The position numbers and the translations under genes were made by a program. Positions 40,380 through 54,690 of a stretch of 64,000 nt of DNA are shown piece after piece. The stretch is from Ascidiella aspersa. Taxonomy: Eukaryota. The stretch spans positions 10,912,001 through 10,976,000 of the forward strand of contig OZ004607.1 in assembly GCA_963924565.1 (NCBI GenBank), given 5' to 3'. Numbering within the stretch: the first letter of the stretch is position 1; every line of letters begins with the position of its first letter. Under the pieces are notes generated by a model that saw nothing but the letters and a program-made list of their open reading frames with translations, had not been told where the DNA came from and ran no database searches.

Positions 40380-40620
40380 TGTGACACACAAAATCCAAGA
40401 TCCGCCCCTGATTACCATATCAAGGTTTTACCCATACGAATATTAGTTAATGACATAACCGCCCTTATCTTGCATTAAAAGCTATAATTGTATGCAATTT
40501 AAGAATAAACGTGCAGAAAATTGGAAGATGGTAAATAATGGCGATTGCTTTGCATTCGATAAGATACGAGCAGTGACGTCACTAAAACAGGTCAAGCAAA
40601 ACGATTGTGCTATAAACAAG
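40380..40620. promoter_or_regulatory. Candidate bidirectional promoter between the copine-like gene and Unkempt
   Basis: Lies between head-to-head genes; contains CCGCCC boxes, a full CRE gtgacgtcac (~40573-40582) and aagatgg/atggcg YY1-like motifs. Position is inferred. Confidence 0.4.
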
Positions 40621-42051
40621 TTGTGGAAACTTTTGTAGTTATCTGATTTGCCGCTTTTACCTATTAATTATGTTTCTTGTTAATAATATGATTGTTGCAA
40701 TCATAATCACGTTTTTACCTAACCTAGAAACCTATGAATGAACATAATAAATGTGTCTGTAACCTTTGTCTACGCTGCTAAATAAATTTACTTGATTCAG
40801 AAAACAAATGTTTTTTTGCTGTTTTAGCATATAAATAAACTTTCGACATTGATTTGCTCTACTTAATGGAAATGTTCTTAATAAACTAGTATGTTTAAAA
40901 AATATATATTTGTGTAATTATTATATGATTACAATTACAATGCATCATGCAAAGTTAGACTGTCTTTAAATCAGGCTGTTCAATGTTCATCTGTTAATCT
41001 ATCTCACTCCACACCAGGGGTGTATGCATTAATACTAACCAAAGTCTGCTGCACAAATTAAATAAAATTATTATGTGCACAACAAAATAATATAAATTTT
41101 ACCCAAGAAGCATGGTAACAGCTCAAAGTTGATCCCAATCTATACCTGTTGTAAGCGGCTCTAATAACAGTATTTGAAAAAATGGTTTAATATAATACTA
41201 TACCAAAAACAGAGTTTTGTACGTTTAAGAAACTTTTGACAGCTGAACGCACTTTCCCTAAAATGCATGGTCATCACCGCAGCTGAGAACTCTAAGATAT
41301 TTGCACGCAACTAAATATTTCCCCATGCCACCTAACTTTCCAACTTGGATCTGCACACCCTAATCTTTGATGCTGCAAATTAATATCTAGAGCAAACACT
41401 GCTGTGAAATTCAGACTTTGGTTTGCCTACATGTGTATAAACACCCCATAGAATAAAACAAATATGGTTTTAATGCATTTTATTTTAGCAAATTATGATT
41501 GAACAAGATTAACCAAGTATAATTTTTTTAAATGCACTTTGTTGTTCCTAACCAATTGCAACATTTTCTACAAATTTAGGGCAATTTTGTTTCAGACTGT
41601 ACTTTCTACAGTGGTGTACCAAAAAGGAAATTATTGCACCTATGTTGCTAATGAAGTATTGTCACATAACTTTTAGTCTAAAAACTAACTTGTCTGTAAA
41701 AAAATTGCAAAATTATAATAAACAATAAATACAATATTACACATTTCATCTTTTTTTCCAATAATGCAAGATTTGAAGGTATGTTAACAATTTGATGTGA
41801 TGTTTTAAACATAATTAAGGTCATAAAAATATTAATGCCATATAATTTATTTGAAATTGCAACTGTGATTACTGAAAAACAAGATTGGAAAGGTGTCTAA
41901 ATTAATTGTTTGCTGTTTCTGTTAGTTGTGTAATATATTGATTAAAGTTTGTTTTATTAAATTTTTTTTGTAGAAGTTTAATTAAACATGTTTAAAGATA
42001 ACTTTTAAATTTGAACCCCAACCGACAACTGCGCAACGGAGCAAGCACGCA

Positions 42052-45000
42052 ATGGCTTCTACTCCGCCCCAAACTGAGAAACCATTTCATTACACATACT
42101 TAAAAGAGTTTCGTGTTAATCAGTGCCCACTGTTTCTGCAACACAAATGCACTCAGCATCGTCCGTTTACCTGCTTCCACTGGCACTTTTCAAATCAACG
42201 GCGGCGCCGCCCTGTTCGCAAACGTGATGGGACTTTCAACTACAGCGCGGACGTTTACTGCAGCAAGTACGACGAAACGACAGGAGTGTGTCCTGATGGA
42301 GATGAATGTCAATACATACACAGGTTGCTTTAACTTTTTTACAAAAAATTGACTTTTGTTTTGTTTGGTTTTTAAGCCAGAATTGACTCTTGCAAAGTGT
42401 TTAGTTCTCCTGTATGTGTCCTCCAAAAGTTATTACAATTCTTATTTTCAACTTATATAAAATATATAATATATATATGTGTCTTTAAGTTTTCCTTAGG
42501 GGTAATTAAACAATGGAATAATGGTGGGAAACTACAGGTTTAAAAACTCTATTGTGACTAGTTTAGTTATGTTTCAATATGTTTTTGATTAAAACTTAGT
42601 AAAAAAGATTGTTTCAATTTTTTTTTCTTTTCTCATAGCGTTATGATCCAAACTATTTATCTAGTTGTATCCCTGCTTGCTTTTAGCCACAGGGGTATCA
42701 GTAACACTACAATGGTTTTAATGGCTAAATGCGGAGCAATGTAATTTTAATAACTTTTATGTTTATTTGTAAACATCTAAATGTTAATATATAGAACTTA
42801 TTATAATTGTATGCAGAAACACCGGCGATACAGAAAGAAGATATCACTTGCGCTATTATAAAACTGGAACTTGCATTCACGAGACAGACTCAAGAGGAAA
42901 TTGTGTAAAAAATGGCCCTCATTGTGCATTCGCCCATGGAGCCAATGACCTACGACCCCCTGTTTATGACATAAGGGAACAACAAACCAATGAACAAGCA
43001 CAGCAGGATCAAGCCAGCATTAGTCTGGATTCTGTGCCTCAAGAAAATATAAATTTGTGCGAAAAAATAGTCAACGAGGATCCGAAATGGCAGGATGCCA
43101 ATTATGTGTTAGCCAACTACAAGACTGAGGTTTGTAAACGGCCCCCAAGGCTTTGTCGTCAGGGCTATGCTTGCCCGCAATATCACAATGCAAAGGATCG
43201 GCGCCGTAATCCAAAGAAATACAAGTACAGGTGTGTGTTTGTGTGGGTTACACTTTTTAGCAAGTTAAAGTGTAGTAGCTTAGGTGTCCAAAAACAAAGC
43301 AAAATGCATAGTTGAAACAACAACTTAATCACATTAAACTTACACCTATAAAAACATTAATTATTTTTTGGTGAAAGGGCAACGACGAATATTGTCTTCC
43401 TCCCAAAATCTCTGAAATTTTAAGACATTTCCTGGTTAACTGGAATACATACTAAGCTTAACTTGTTTTTATTAATCAAGCTTTTACAGCTTTGGAGAAA
43501 TTTAATACAATCTTTATTGCAATTTCATTCAATGTTTAATGACAACAGGGTGATTACCTCATTTGTCTTTGCTGACTAAATTGATGCTGTTTTGTGTTGA
43601 CCTATACTTAAACTGTTAACATACAAGCCCAAATAATTAACTTGATTTTTTTCTCGAAAAGCAATGTTTTTTAATCCAAAATCAGGTTGCTGACTCGTAG
43701 TTTTATTGAAATTGCTTCCTGGCAAGATTTCTATAACATTTTGGAGAATAAATGTACAAATAAATGGGTCAATTAAAAAAACTTATTAAAACGAGTTTAT
43801 TTCTGTTTGCTTAACCAAAAAATTAAGTAAAAAGAATCAGGTAGCCTGAGCCCTGAGCTTTGCTACCAGGCATAATAATATTAATTACAAAACAGCTCTT
43901 TGGTAATTGTAATTGTTAACCAATGTTTAGGTAACTTATTCAAATTCGTCAGGGGTGAATGGTGTCAACGCTCGTAGTATAATATATGGAAAAAAACAAA
44001 GAAAAAATGCATGAACAAGTTCGAGCAGCAACACTTTGCTTTGCTGTAATATCTATGCTTAGTATTTGAGCTAAGCAAAACATTGTTGTAAAGTAAGAAA
44101 TGTGGTTCCTTGGTTTTGGATAAGTTTATATATACATAGCATTTAACTAAAAGGGAATTTATAAACCTATTAGCAGGGCTTATATTAAGTAATTATATAA
44201 ACTAATTGTTAAGGGAGACCTAGGATAAAATTTTTAATCTGTAACTAAATGCTGAAAGCTAAATTAAATTTATTCTTGTCGAATAAAAAGTAGTTGCTTG
44301 GCTGAACATTCATGTGGTACATGCTTTTGCAACATGCTTCCTGTGTAGTCTGATAAATTCCTCTCATAATAATATTTTGTGTATGTTTATTTATCTAATT
44401 GCCCCCTTATTGCTTTGAATTTGTCCTTTTTGAAGCCCGCTGCAGCATAGCATTTATCTCAACTGACAGCAAAGTCTACATATTTGCTCTTGCCCTAAAT
44501 ATTGTTTTAAGCCATTGGCTTATCAAACATATGACGATACTTTTACTAGCACTATTGTGGTGTAGATAAGTTAATATGATAACTATTTGTTAAAGCTGTA
44601 AGGATAAGTAACACTGGCTAATGTCAAAAAGTTTAATTTTTTACACCCACACCTAACTTTTCTGTCTTTGTGAAGCAAAATTATGAAGTATGTCCATTGG
44701 TCGCCTAACATCATGTTACACCTATTAACCAATCATGACAGTTTTTTATCTAAAACAGCGTGGTCCAACTGCAGGCCCGTAGGCCAAAGTTGGCCCGCGA
44801 GTTCAGTTTTTTGGCCTGCGAACTGATAGTCAGCTTTGGTTCAATCTGGCAATATCACTTTAATTTTTGTTTTTTTAATTTTTTGGTGTTGAAATTATTT
44901 CATAACTACCGTAACTGCACAGAGGTATACATTCCATAAAGTTAGTATATATGCCATAGACTATGTATAATTTGCCAGCAATAAGCCTAAGAATCGCAAT

Positions 45001-47127
45001 TTGAAAACATTGGCCCGCAAGACCAAAAAACCTTGTTTTTGGCCCGCGATGAAAAGAAGTTGGACCACCCTGATCTCAAACAATAGGGCAGTGACCATGT
45101 ACAACTCAAGCAAACCACATTTTTCACTTTTGTCATCTTTCCGGCTGCCTGATTTCATTCCAGTCCCTTCTCTGAAAATATTTGGTATGAAATCATGCCC
45201 AATTCATGTGGTGTCTTAGTACGGATTCTTCTTGACTTGCTCCCCTCATTTTTTTACTTAAGCCTGCAAAGCTCAACAGTTAGGCATTAGGCAACGGCCA
45301 CGGATGATAAAGGTTGTAAGTTAGTATCTTACCGCAGGCTTGCTTTTCTAGCTGTCAAACTATCCCTAACTTGACAATTTGCATTCAGGCGTTCTTACTT
45401 AAAACACTGTTTTTTTGTTTTGTTTACATTTCTTTTTTGCGTGATAACAAAACGCAATACACCACTGTTGAGCGACGGCCAAGGATGTTGGTAATGCAGG
45501 TTGCTTTTATAGTTGGCGATTTCAAAAAAAAGTATTGTAGGCATAACTGATTTAGGTACTAACTTGTATATAACGCTAACTTGTCAGGCATGCAGGCATG
45601 CAGGTGTTTTCAATTTAGGCACTGCTTTTTCGACTCATGTTGTGCTCCTCAGTCGGAGCACTTTCGTACGTATTCGTTTTTTGCCGCGATAACAACACGC
45701 ATTACACCTTACACAGGTCAAGCCCCTGTCCCAACGTAAAGCAGGGCGACGACTGGAAGGACCCGTCAGCTTGCGAGAAGGGCGACAGCTGCCAGTTCTG
45801 CCACACGCGCACCGAGCAGCAGTTCCACCCGGAGATCTACAAGAGCACCAAGTGCCACGACATGACGCAGACGGGCTACTGTCCACGCGGGCCCTTCTGT
45901 GCCTTTGCGCACGTCGAGCAGGAGATACGCATCGTAGAGGACGGCCCGTTGGCGGACGGCAATTTTGAGCAGGCGAGCGAAGGCCCTGGAAATTACTCGT
46001 GGAGCGAGTTTGCGCGCAACTTCAACCTGGACCCGACCGACTACAGTCGCAGCATGCCCAGTCAGTCGTTGCTCAACGAGTACAATCTGAGCAGGAGCTT
46101 TCCGACCTGCCCGTCGCCCATCTCCAAACCGCGAACCACTTCGCTGAGCAACGGCAAAGGCCCCGGCGTCGGCGGCGACAACTACTCGAAAGCGCCCGGC
46201 TCAGAACGCAATCTGACCGAGTCAGGTGGCCTTTACAACAACAACAGCAGCAGCGGCAGCATACCTTGGGCGCTGCAGGGAAGACGCAACAAGCGCAACT
46301 CGCTCAACAGCGACGCAGTGCCGTTCTACCCGCCCGACGAGACCGTCGACTCGGTTGTGGGAAATGCGCTCGACGACCTGGACTTGGACGAAGGCGGAGG
46401 CAGCGGTGACAAGGCCGATGTAAGAAGCGTCGCCCAGCAGGGCAATTTCTGGCAGCGCGACGCGACGCTTTACCAAATGTCGGCGCCGGTCAATATCCCA
46501 GGAAACGTGATGGAGCTATCCCGGAACCCGATGCTCTCAATATCACCAACGACCTTGTCAAACGCGCTTGGCGGCGGCGACATTCACGGCGTCAACGCGG
46601 CTCAAACCGGCGCATTTCCGCAGCATCACAGCCAAGGCGGCCACTTCCAGCAGTCCATGCCGACAGTGGGCAGCCTTGGCACACCAGGCAGCTTCCCAGG
46701 CTCGATCATGAGCGCGTCGCTGGGCAGCGGCATCACGACCAGCCTGGACCTGGAGCGCATGCAGCAGAAGTGCAAGCAGTGGGAGGAGTCGTGGAACCAG
46801 GCCAAGATCGCGTGCGACGCGTGGAAGCGTGAAGCGACCGAGGCAAACGAGCGCGCGCGCGTCTCAGAAGACCGATGCGGAATGGCGATCGAGCGCTGTC
46901 GCCTTCTCGAAAGCCAACTCCAGTCGGCGCTGGATCGGGAGACTAAGCCGGATCCGGTTTCTTCCTCTTCTTCGCCTTGCACCCAGATCTACCAGGCGCT
47001 GAACCGGGATGCTCTCGGCGAGCTGGCGCTTCCTGCCTTGAAGGATCTGGCCGCCCGCTACAAGGAGGATCTGGCGCACGTCGAGAAACTCGTTTGGGAA
47101 TTTGTTTGGCCCGGCAAGCAACAATAA
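42052..47127 (+). CDS. UNK: Unkempt CCCH zinc-finger RNA-binding protein, 3 coding exons
   Basis: Exons 42052-42323, 42817-43230 and 45717-47127 (TAA), in phase. Signature sequences: HYTYLKEFRVNQCPLFLQHKCTQHRPFTCFHWHF, YHLRYYKTGTC, YKTEVCKRPPRLCRQGYACPQYHN, CHTRTEQQFHPEIYKSTKC, CPRGPFCAFAH, and the coiled coil WEESWNQAKIACDAWKREA. Confidence 0.96.
44756..45072. mobile_element. hAT-superfamily MITE in Unkempt intron
   Basis: Termini cagcgtggtccaact ... agttggaccaccctg; flanks atctaaaa/atctcaaa (7/8 TSD); GGCCCGC subterminal repeats. Confidence 0.82.
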
Positions 47128-50100
47128 GAGTTTATAATTAAGAAACAAAGCAAAAACCTTTAAGTAATCAAACCTTCTCGATGAACTGACGCAAGAGAGA
47201 AAAGAAAACATATATTAGCGTTTTAATTCCTTTTGTTGCGCGTAAGCAAAAAAACAATTCCGTGTAGCAACGGGCGCCTTCGCATTTTTGTATATAACAT
47301 GCGAGCTGTAATACGCCTCAAGTCGCCAGGCGCAAGGTGTTATAGAAATTTCGTCCCTTATCACTACCGCGTGTTTCGAACCCAAATTCGCGCCTTTTTC
47401 TTGTCGTTACAAGCAGTTTCCTGGGGACCAATTTGTAGAGTTAGGAGATGATACGTTCCTACCTAAAAATTAAAAAAAAAAATCGAATTTATTATGTGCC
47501 TCTTACTATGTCGTCGATTCTCTATCACTGGGATATTGCCAAAACGAGCTTTTTCATTGTGTGTAAATAGTACGAGGCCGTCACCGCGCCCTTTGTAACA
47601 CACCAACTAACACCAAGGATTTAATACCATAGTTTTGTTAATTTTTTGCGTCTGATTTCTATTACTCAAGTTTCATACTTTTATTGTTTTACAATTGTTT
47701 TAAAGCTCGATTTTACCCAACGTTTTACGGTCTTTGTGCCACAAATATTTTTCTCCGAAAATTCTAGAGTGCAACCACAGTTTGTTCGCCTTGTTTAGTT
47801 ACCGCTGGCGGTCGCCTTCGAGCCAAAATTTTCCAGACAAAATTGCAAACACAACATACTGCAAGGCACCTTTAAGATAAGTGTAATAGTAACATTATTT
47901 AGAAAACTTTTAACTATTTAAAAATTGTCATTCAAACCGTTCGGCGACGATTCAGAATAATCGAATGACATGATTAAATCGGTTGTGCCACTTTTTAGTC
48001 GACGCTGAAGAGAATTTGTTATCATCAGATGTGACGCTGTAACTTTTAAGCATATAAGTGTTGGCGTGCAATGTTTTGTAATTCTGTTATTACCTTTGCG
48101 GCGGCGACTTACATGGGTGCTCATTGCGTCGACTGTATCTCAGGAAATTCCCGCGATTTACCAGCATTTCCTCCCCGACCGGACCATACTGTAAGCATAA
48201 AAACTTGAAATTGCGGTTGTTGCTTTCCCGACTACATCACTATGACTGTAAAGTGCCTGAGCGACGGACGTGAAATATATAACCAATTGTAGCTGGTGTT
48301 GATATTTCAGTTAGCTTTTTAGCTTTATCCTCATCCCAGAGGCATTCTCCACAGGTAGGAACAATGTAGTTAAATATTTTTTTATATTAGAACGGCACAC
48401 TATGTAATTTGGTTCAAGGTTAATTGTAAGGAGTGTTTTTTTGTTTTTTTCTAAAATGCGAGTGGCCTAATATAGCATTGCACTACTTTCGTACAGTCGA
48501 TATTTTATCTGTCCTCAAAGTTATAGGACTTGACGGTAAGCTGCAAAAAGACGAGGTTGCGCGGGGTTCAATTCTTTCATTAGACCGCGCAATTTTTTAG
48601 TGGAAAAATAATTAAATTATAGCCGGCGCCTAATGTTTAACGATTATGTGAAGACAGCGCGATAAACGACGAATCCTGTTCTGCGCTTGGCTCAATAATT
48701 TATGAGAGAGCGTGGGTATAGGTAACATGAGGCGTGGGTAAAGCAGAACAGACAGCGGCGTGTCTCAATTGCCGCTTATATCGTTTCTTAGCTGTGGAAT
48801 TTCGGCCTCTCTTTACCTTGCAGGCTATTCTGGTCGGTGGAAACTTATAATATCGATATTTGGAACCATACCCAATCAGGAACTCGTCCGCAGCAACGAG
48901 GTTGTGCTTTTAAAGACCGATGCAAAAAATACCCTTGTCGTTGTCGTTTTTTGTTCTCCTCTTCAATTATAGCTCTTGGGCCCGCCGGGATTTTTCCAAG
49001 GGTGTGAAATCCGTGAAGAAATCCTTCAAGTAAGCATCAAGCAATGTTTTAATAAATAAAATGAACAGTGGTAACCTTCCAATTCCTTTAGAATATAATA
49101 TAGGGTAGTCCGTTATGATTAGCCGATACCCAGTAATACTGCTCCTTGGTATTTGTCCGATACTCAGGTGGTTATATTAAACGATTTGAGTATTTCAGCC
49201 TTGTTTAACGATCTAACCTAAATATAGAGGTTTATCCTTGAAAGGTAAAAATTACATTTAATATTATAGGTCAAAAATACAGATACATTTTCAAACGCAA
49301 AGCAATCGGCCTAACCCTGGAAAACATTCACATTGAACTTTTAAACTTTTATTGTGGATTTTTGACCATAGTGATGACTTTATTGGTATCACATCGGATA
49401 GCCGCAAAAATTAAATAAGCACGACACGACTTGCCTCTTAGAATCCCCTTTTACGCGAACAGAAGATTTATTCTGTTAGACAGCATGGTTCTTATGTACT
49501 AAAAATGATAAATTTAATAGGAATTTATATGTTTTCACGTTCAAAGTTGAGCAAGCTGCGGGTATACAAAAATGTTTTCAATTAAGAAAATAATTCTACG
49601 AATTGATGTCAATTTTTTAGAATAGTTAATCAATGTCTACGACTCTACGCCACAAAGTGATGTAAAATAGTGTTCTGTAATTGTTTTCAAGACATAATGT
49701 CAACGGAGAGCTGTCCTTGAAAATTTGGTGCTGCACAAACAAGTCAAGAAGTTGAAAACAAATTTTCGTTTAAGCTGAATTTTTAGTTAACGCCACCACT
49801 TCAGGATGGACGCGCCCCCTTGACTGCATCTCATTTACAGCCAGAACCCTAATTTTGGGAGCCTGGGAGTAGAAATGGACTCGAAGGTAAAATTGTTTTA
49901 AGAAAGTAGTTTTTGGGATGCAAAAATAACGACAAAACACTCATATAAGACCCTAAAGATCCCAAATATATAACGCGTAAAAATAATTATATCAATTTCG
50001 TATGTTTGAAAAGAGTATTGTATCAAGCTTAATCTGCTAATACGATAAAAAATTGTGTTTGGTCTAAACAAAATTTCAAATTTTCGTCCGAAAATCTCTT

Positions 50101-53100
50101 TTTCTCTTCGATGTGGGCCTTTCGAAGTATAGTTAAATTTTATTTTCACGACCAATTTTTGTTAGTAGGCTACTTTTGATTTTATTTCTATTTTTTAGTT
50201 TGTTTCGGAAGAATCTTGTTTTGTCTTAAAGCCGATCTGTGATTTCCTTTTTTTGTAAATTTTATTTTGAGTCTAGATTAGACAATCTTGGAAAAACTAA
50301 CCAACCAAACCCTTCTGTCAATGTGGACCCACAAGCATGCAAAGACGGAAAAAAAATCGTTGAATTTCTTTGTTTCGCTACGGAAATGGTGCGATGTCGA
50401 CAGAAACAGCTCGCCACGTCATCATTGTTATTTTTGTTTTGTCTTGTTTACAGGGGCCCGGAATTGTGTTCTGGCGTGTTTTAATGACCTCACCGCGAAG
50501 GCTCGGCATCGATCGAGCCCATTGTTTGACAGTCCCAGAAAACACGCTTTCGGACAGGTTGATTTCTCATCAGCAGTGGGGCTGTTGTTTCCGTGCAACC
50601 TGTGTTCCGCTTTTGTCCGACAGAAACAACACGCCTTTTTGTTTGGAGGGAGCATCAAAACAATGCCGTCGGTCCCTCGTCGGCCAGAGCCGCGCAGCAA
50701 GCCGCGTTTTCCGCCAAATGACCTGTTTATTCGCGGGCTCGAATTCTTCGCAGGCAAGTCGCGTGTCAGCGCGATCGTTAATGGCACCCCGTCACCCTGG
50801 CGATGTGAACCCCTCTTTTTTCCACAAGAATTCTCACGTTGGCACGAAATTCCCGAGCAGGAAGATGAGCATAGGCCCTACGACGCACTTCGTAAATTTT
50901 GCGATTTGTGGCACTAAAGATCTTGTTGACTGTATAAATTCCACGCGAACGCTTGCACATATTTTCAAAGCCGATGGTTTCATTTTTAATGCTATGGTAG
51001 TCGATTGAAATTATTGCTACTTGTTTCATGTTTAACATGGAGCTTAAATCTTACATATGGTTGCTCGACAAAATATTTCAGCTGGGAAGAACGTTAAATT
51101 ACACGTTAATCGAAGATCTTCCGACAGAACACGGCCATTTTGCGATTTCCGCATCCCTTTGCGGCTTTCGGTCGTAATCAATCACTTTGACGGACGTGGC
51201 GGGTAGCGGTACGCCACTCCGCGAGCGAAGGCCGCATATCGTCGCAACAAACTTTTGAATGCCTAATGAGGGAGGCCGCGGTGTTGCCGTTGCGTAACCA
51301 ATCGCACGCTTGCCGAAAGCCATTAGCGCGATTTTGCGACCTTTGCGTTAATAAAGAGTCGCGGGCGCTGCGTCGAAGCAGGCACTTGAGGCCTTCGACC
51401 GCAAGCTTGGCCGTCGCTGAACTCAGCACAAAGCGATCGGCGCATTTGCGTATTGCTCGACTGCGACGCCCGCTTAAAGTTGGCGAAAGGCCGGCGATCG
51501 GACCGCGGTTCGTCGCTGCTCTGAGGCGCATTCCCGGCTGTTTACAAACTTATGAAAATGCGGCCCGGCGCGGGAAAGCGCTGGCCTTTCCGCCGATTCA
51601 GGCGCGCCCGGCCGTGCACAGAGCCCCCCTCAGCCTTTTGGCTTTGGGGGAAAGGGCACGCATTGCAGAGTTAAAACGATTTGTGCATACCTTTCCTATG
51701 AGCTGTTGCACCATTTATTGTCGCATGCTTGGGACAAGTCTTTGTGCCCGCATACGTTTTCTTTCCAATCAAAATAAGCAATGCAGTGGAAAAGCAAAAT
51801 TTAAGGAAAGTTAGCAAAAATCAGACATTTTAAATGGTTTAATCCACAAAAAAAAAATTATTGGTAAAACAAACATCTTCATAAAACCAAAATACGTCGC
51901 TTTCAGTAAGAGCAATACAATGGAAGGTATGAATTGCGGTTCTCAAAAAAAAAAACAATAACGGTTTACTATGGTAATTCTTTGGGGAACGTTGAATAAT
52001 TTTGAGGAGGTACAAAAATGTTATTCGTCTTTAAAAGGCCTGTAAGTCTTTAGAACACTGCTAGGACTTATATTGTGCCATAAGCAGGAAGAGGTATGTC
52101 GTGGAGATGGTGAGAATATAAAATTTGTGCTCGCTGCCCGCACCGCACTTTAATAAATGGTTCGCAAGCTGAGCTGCACCGCAAATTATTTTCGAAATGC
52201 TAAGCTGCGCTGCCCGCAAAATTTGAGCACTATAAGGAATATATTTCATCACTTATAAAAAAACACACCTAGAAAGCTAGTTCACATAAAAGTACGGTCA
52301 ACAGCTTACTTTACTTTTAGTGATGAAACATCCATGTGTAAACTGCTTGCTATTTTACTTCAATTAACTAAAATGAGGCCGCGAACCATGCGCGGCTGAC
52401 ATCTCTACTCTGTAGGCTTTTAACTATTTTTGTTATATCTTCACTCCGTTTGACCCTCTATTATTTTTGGCACAAAGTGTATGAGGTAACCTAAAGAACA
52501 TACCTCAATCCGTGACCTTTCATGGGGCCATTTTTTTGCAATTTGGAGGTATTTTAAAACGTTACAAAAATTCGTGCGTTAATTAGTGCGCAAAATAGAA
52601 TATACATGTTGTAAAACACCTTGGCCAGAGACAGTTAGACAAAAAGTTTCAACACTTGTTTAAAAAAAGGATTGTAACCTGAAACAAATTTTTTTCTCAA
52701 TATATGTATGTTAGTAGGTTGATGTTGTACAATGTATTTTTGTCACATTTTATCAAAAACAATTTTAGACCCATTGGACTTAAACAACGAGCGAAATGGA
52801 CGCGTTATGTTCGTCCTTGATAGTGACTCATGCACCCTTAAGATATTTCACCATCTTTTTAAACCTCATTCAAAACTCAAGTGGTTGCTACAATTATTAC
52901 CGCACGTTGGAAACATAGCAAATATTTTTTTCTCCCTGTAGCAACACCTTTAAAAACGGAAGTCTTCAATTGCTCTCAGGCAAGAAAAGTAGGTGCTACA
53001 ATTACGCTCCCGCAACATTTACGTTAAGTTTTTGTGACTGCATTGTTTTTTGTCAATTCAATTAGATGCGCGTATGACGTCAAAACAGCACTCACAAATA

Positions 53101-54283
53101 CCTCAGGGCTCCTTCACGGAAGGTCGCCAATAGATCATTTGTTTTGGTTTACTGTTAGGCGTCGGATATTTCGTATTATTAAGAGGGGAATGGCTGAAAG
53201 AAAATATTAAGCACATTTGAAATACGGGCCTTTATCATTGACCTCTTAATTCTATTTAAGGCCAGTGCGAGTTCTGGAAACAAACTGCAATATTCAAATT
53301 TTGACTAGAAAGAAGAATTCAAAATCGGAGTTCAAATCGCCTTATCCTTAACGGCATATTACATCATGATAAAAAAAATTCGCGCTTTAAAATTACAATT
53401 ATTCTGATCTGCAAAACACAATAATCTGTTGCGGTTGCGGATTAAATTCCCAAATAAAACATATTATCAATGGCGGGTTTTATTTTCCATTGAAATTTGT
53501 GTTAGTTAACTGTTTGCATTAAAATGTATTTTAACTTTATTTTTAAAGTTGACAAAAAATGACCTGACTGGCAGCGGACTTAGGAGATCTCAGCATGGCT
53601 ACAAATCAAATCGGGAATACAAATGTGACACATGGATAAATGATGTCCATCAGTCGCTTTTGTATCAAAACGTTTTAACAAAAGCGTTTTACTATACTTA
53701 AATCGGCATTAAACTTTTATCGCTATCCGGCGGTTTTTAAACAGTCATACAAAGTTTCATGAAAAACTCGTCATTGTAGTTTTTTCAAAGTTAGCTGGGC
53801 GGCAAGCTCTGTATTGTCATTTAACGATATCTCACCGACGCCAAAAAACACAAATACCGATCGTTCTCGTTTTTGCTACAGCGAGACGTGGTCAGGCCCG
53901 GTCCGCCTGAAAAGAGATGACACCCGTTTTTCCGGCGAAATTCTCCTAGCCATGAATTGAGGGTCTAATTACGCGAAAATAATCAACGGGTCGGCGTTTT
54001 TTCAATGCAAAAGCAACCCACCAGGTACCCTAATGAGCAGTGGCTTGCAAACAACTGTAAGCGGTCGCATCTGCCCAAGTGCGTCAAACACAAACGACCA
54101 ACATCGATCCAAGAGCTTTGAATTGCCAAAAGAAACCTTGAAACCGCACAAAAGCGCCAAGGTGTTGCGCAATCGTTCACGACAGCAAAGGGCCGGCTGC
54201 TGCTTTTCTTTCCAGAGTTGCCCGCACCCACCCCCAGCGTGCCGCGAAAGACACCTGTCAGTCAGCGGGCCGCCGCGGGGGTT

Positions 54284-54415
54284 TATATAGCCGACCCCGG
54301 ACACGGAGTTAAGTCAAACGAACACGAAAGCGCACGGAAAACAACGCTCGTCACAACGGAAGCATTCGCGTCTTAAGAAATTCGAAGTTATCTCTCTACT
54401 CCGAAACAAACCAAG
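54284..54415 (+). promoter_or_regulatory. TATA box and non-coding first exon of the PTH-like gene
   Basis: TATATAG at 54284-54290 follows a GC-rich stretch. An ATG-free, A-rich leader ends in a consensus donor AAG|gtaag at 54415/54416; the next acceptor is tttcttttcag at 54678. Confidence 0.7.
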
Positions 54416-54690
54416 GTAAGATTGCGTTTGAATGAATTTGATGTATGGCCTACGCTGGTAAAATAGCCAAGCTGGTTTATGTTATGTTGGCAGAAAAAAT
54501 GTTTTTGTCATCCTGTTATTCTTTTAGTTCTCTCCGCATGCTTTAAACAAATTCATTCTTGATAATTTTAAACCGCTATATAATGCCCCAAAAAATTATA
54601 TGATGACAGAAAAAAAAGAAAGCTTCTTTCCATATTTCATAAAATACTTTTTACATATTCTTCGTTTTTTCTTTTCAGTTAGTCGAAAAC

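Noticed and set aside
50288-51814. Overlapping 180-210 aa ORFs
   Set aside because: No domain resemblance, non-ATG starts, and open frames on both strands, typical of GC-rich non-coding DNA.
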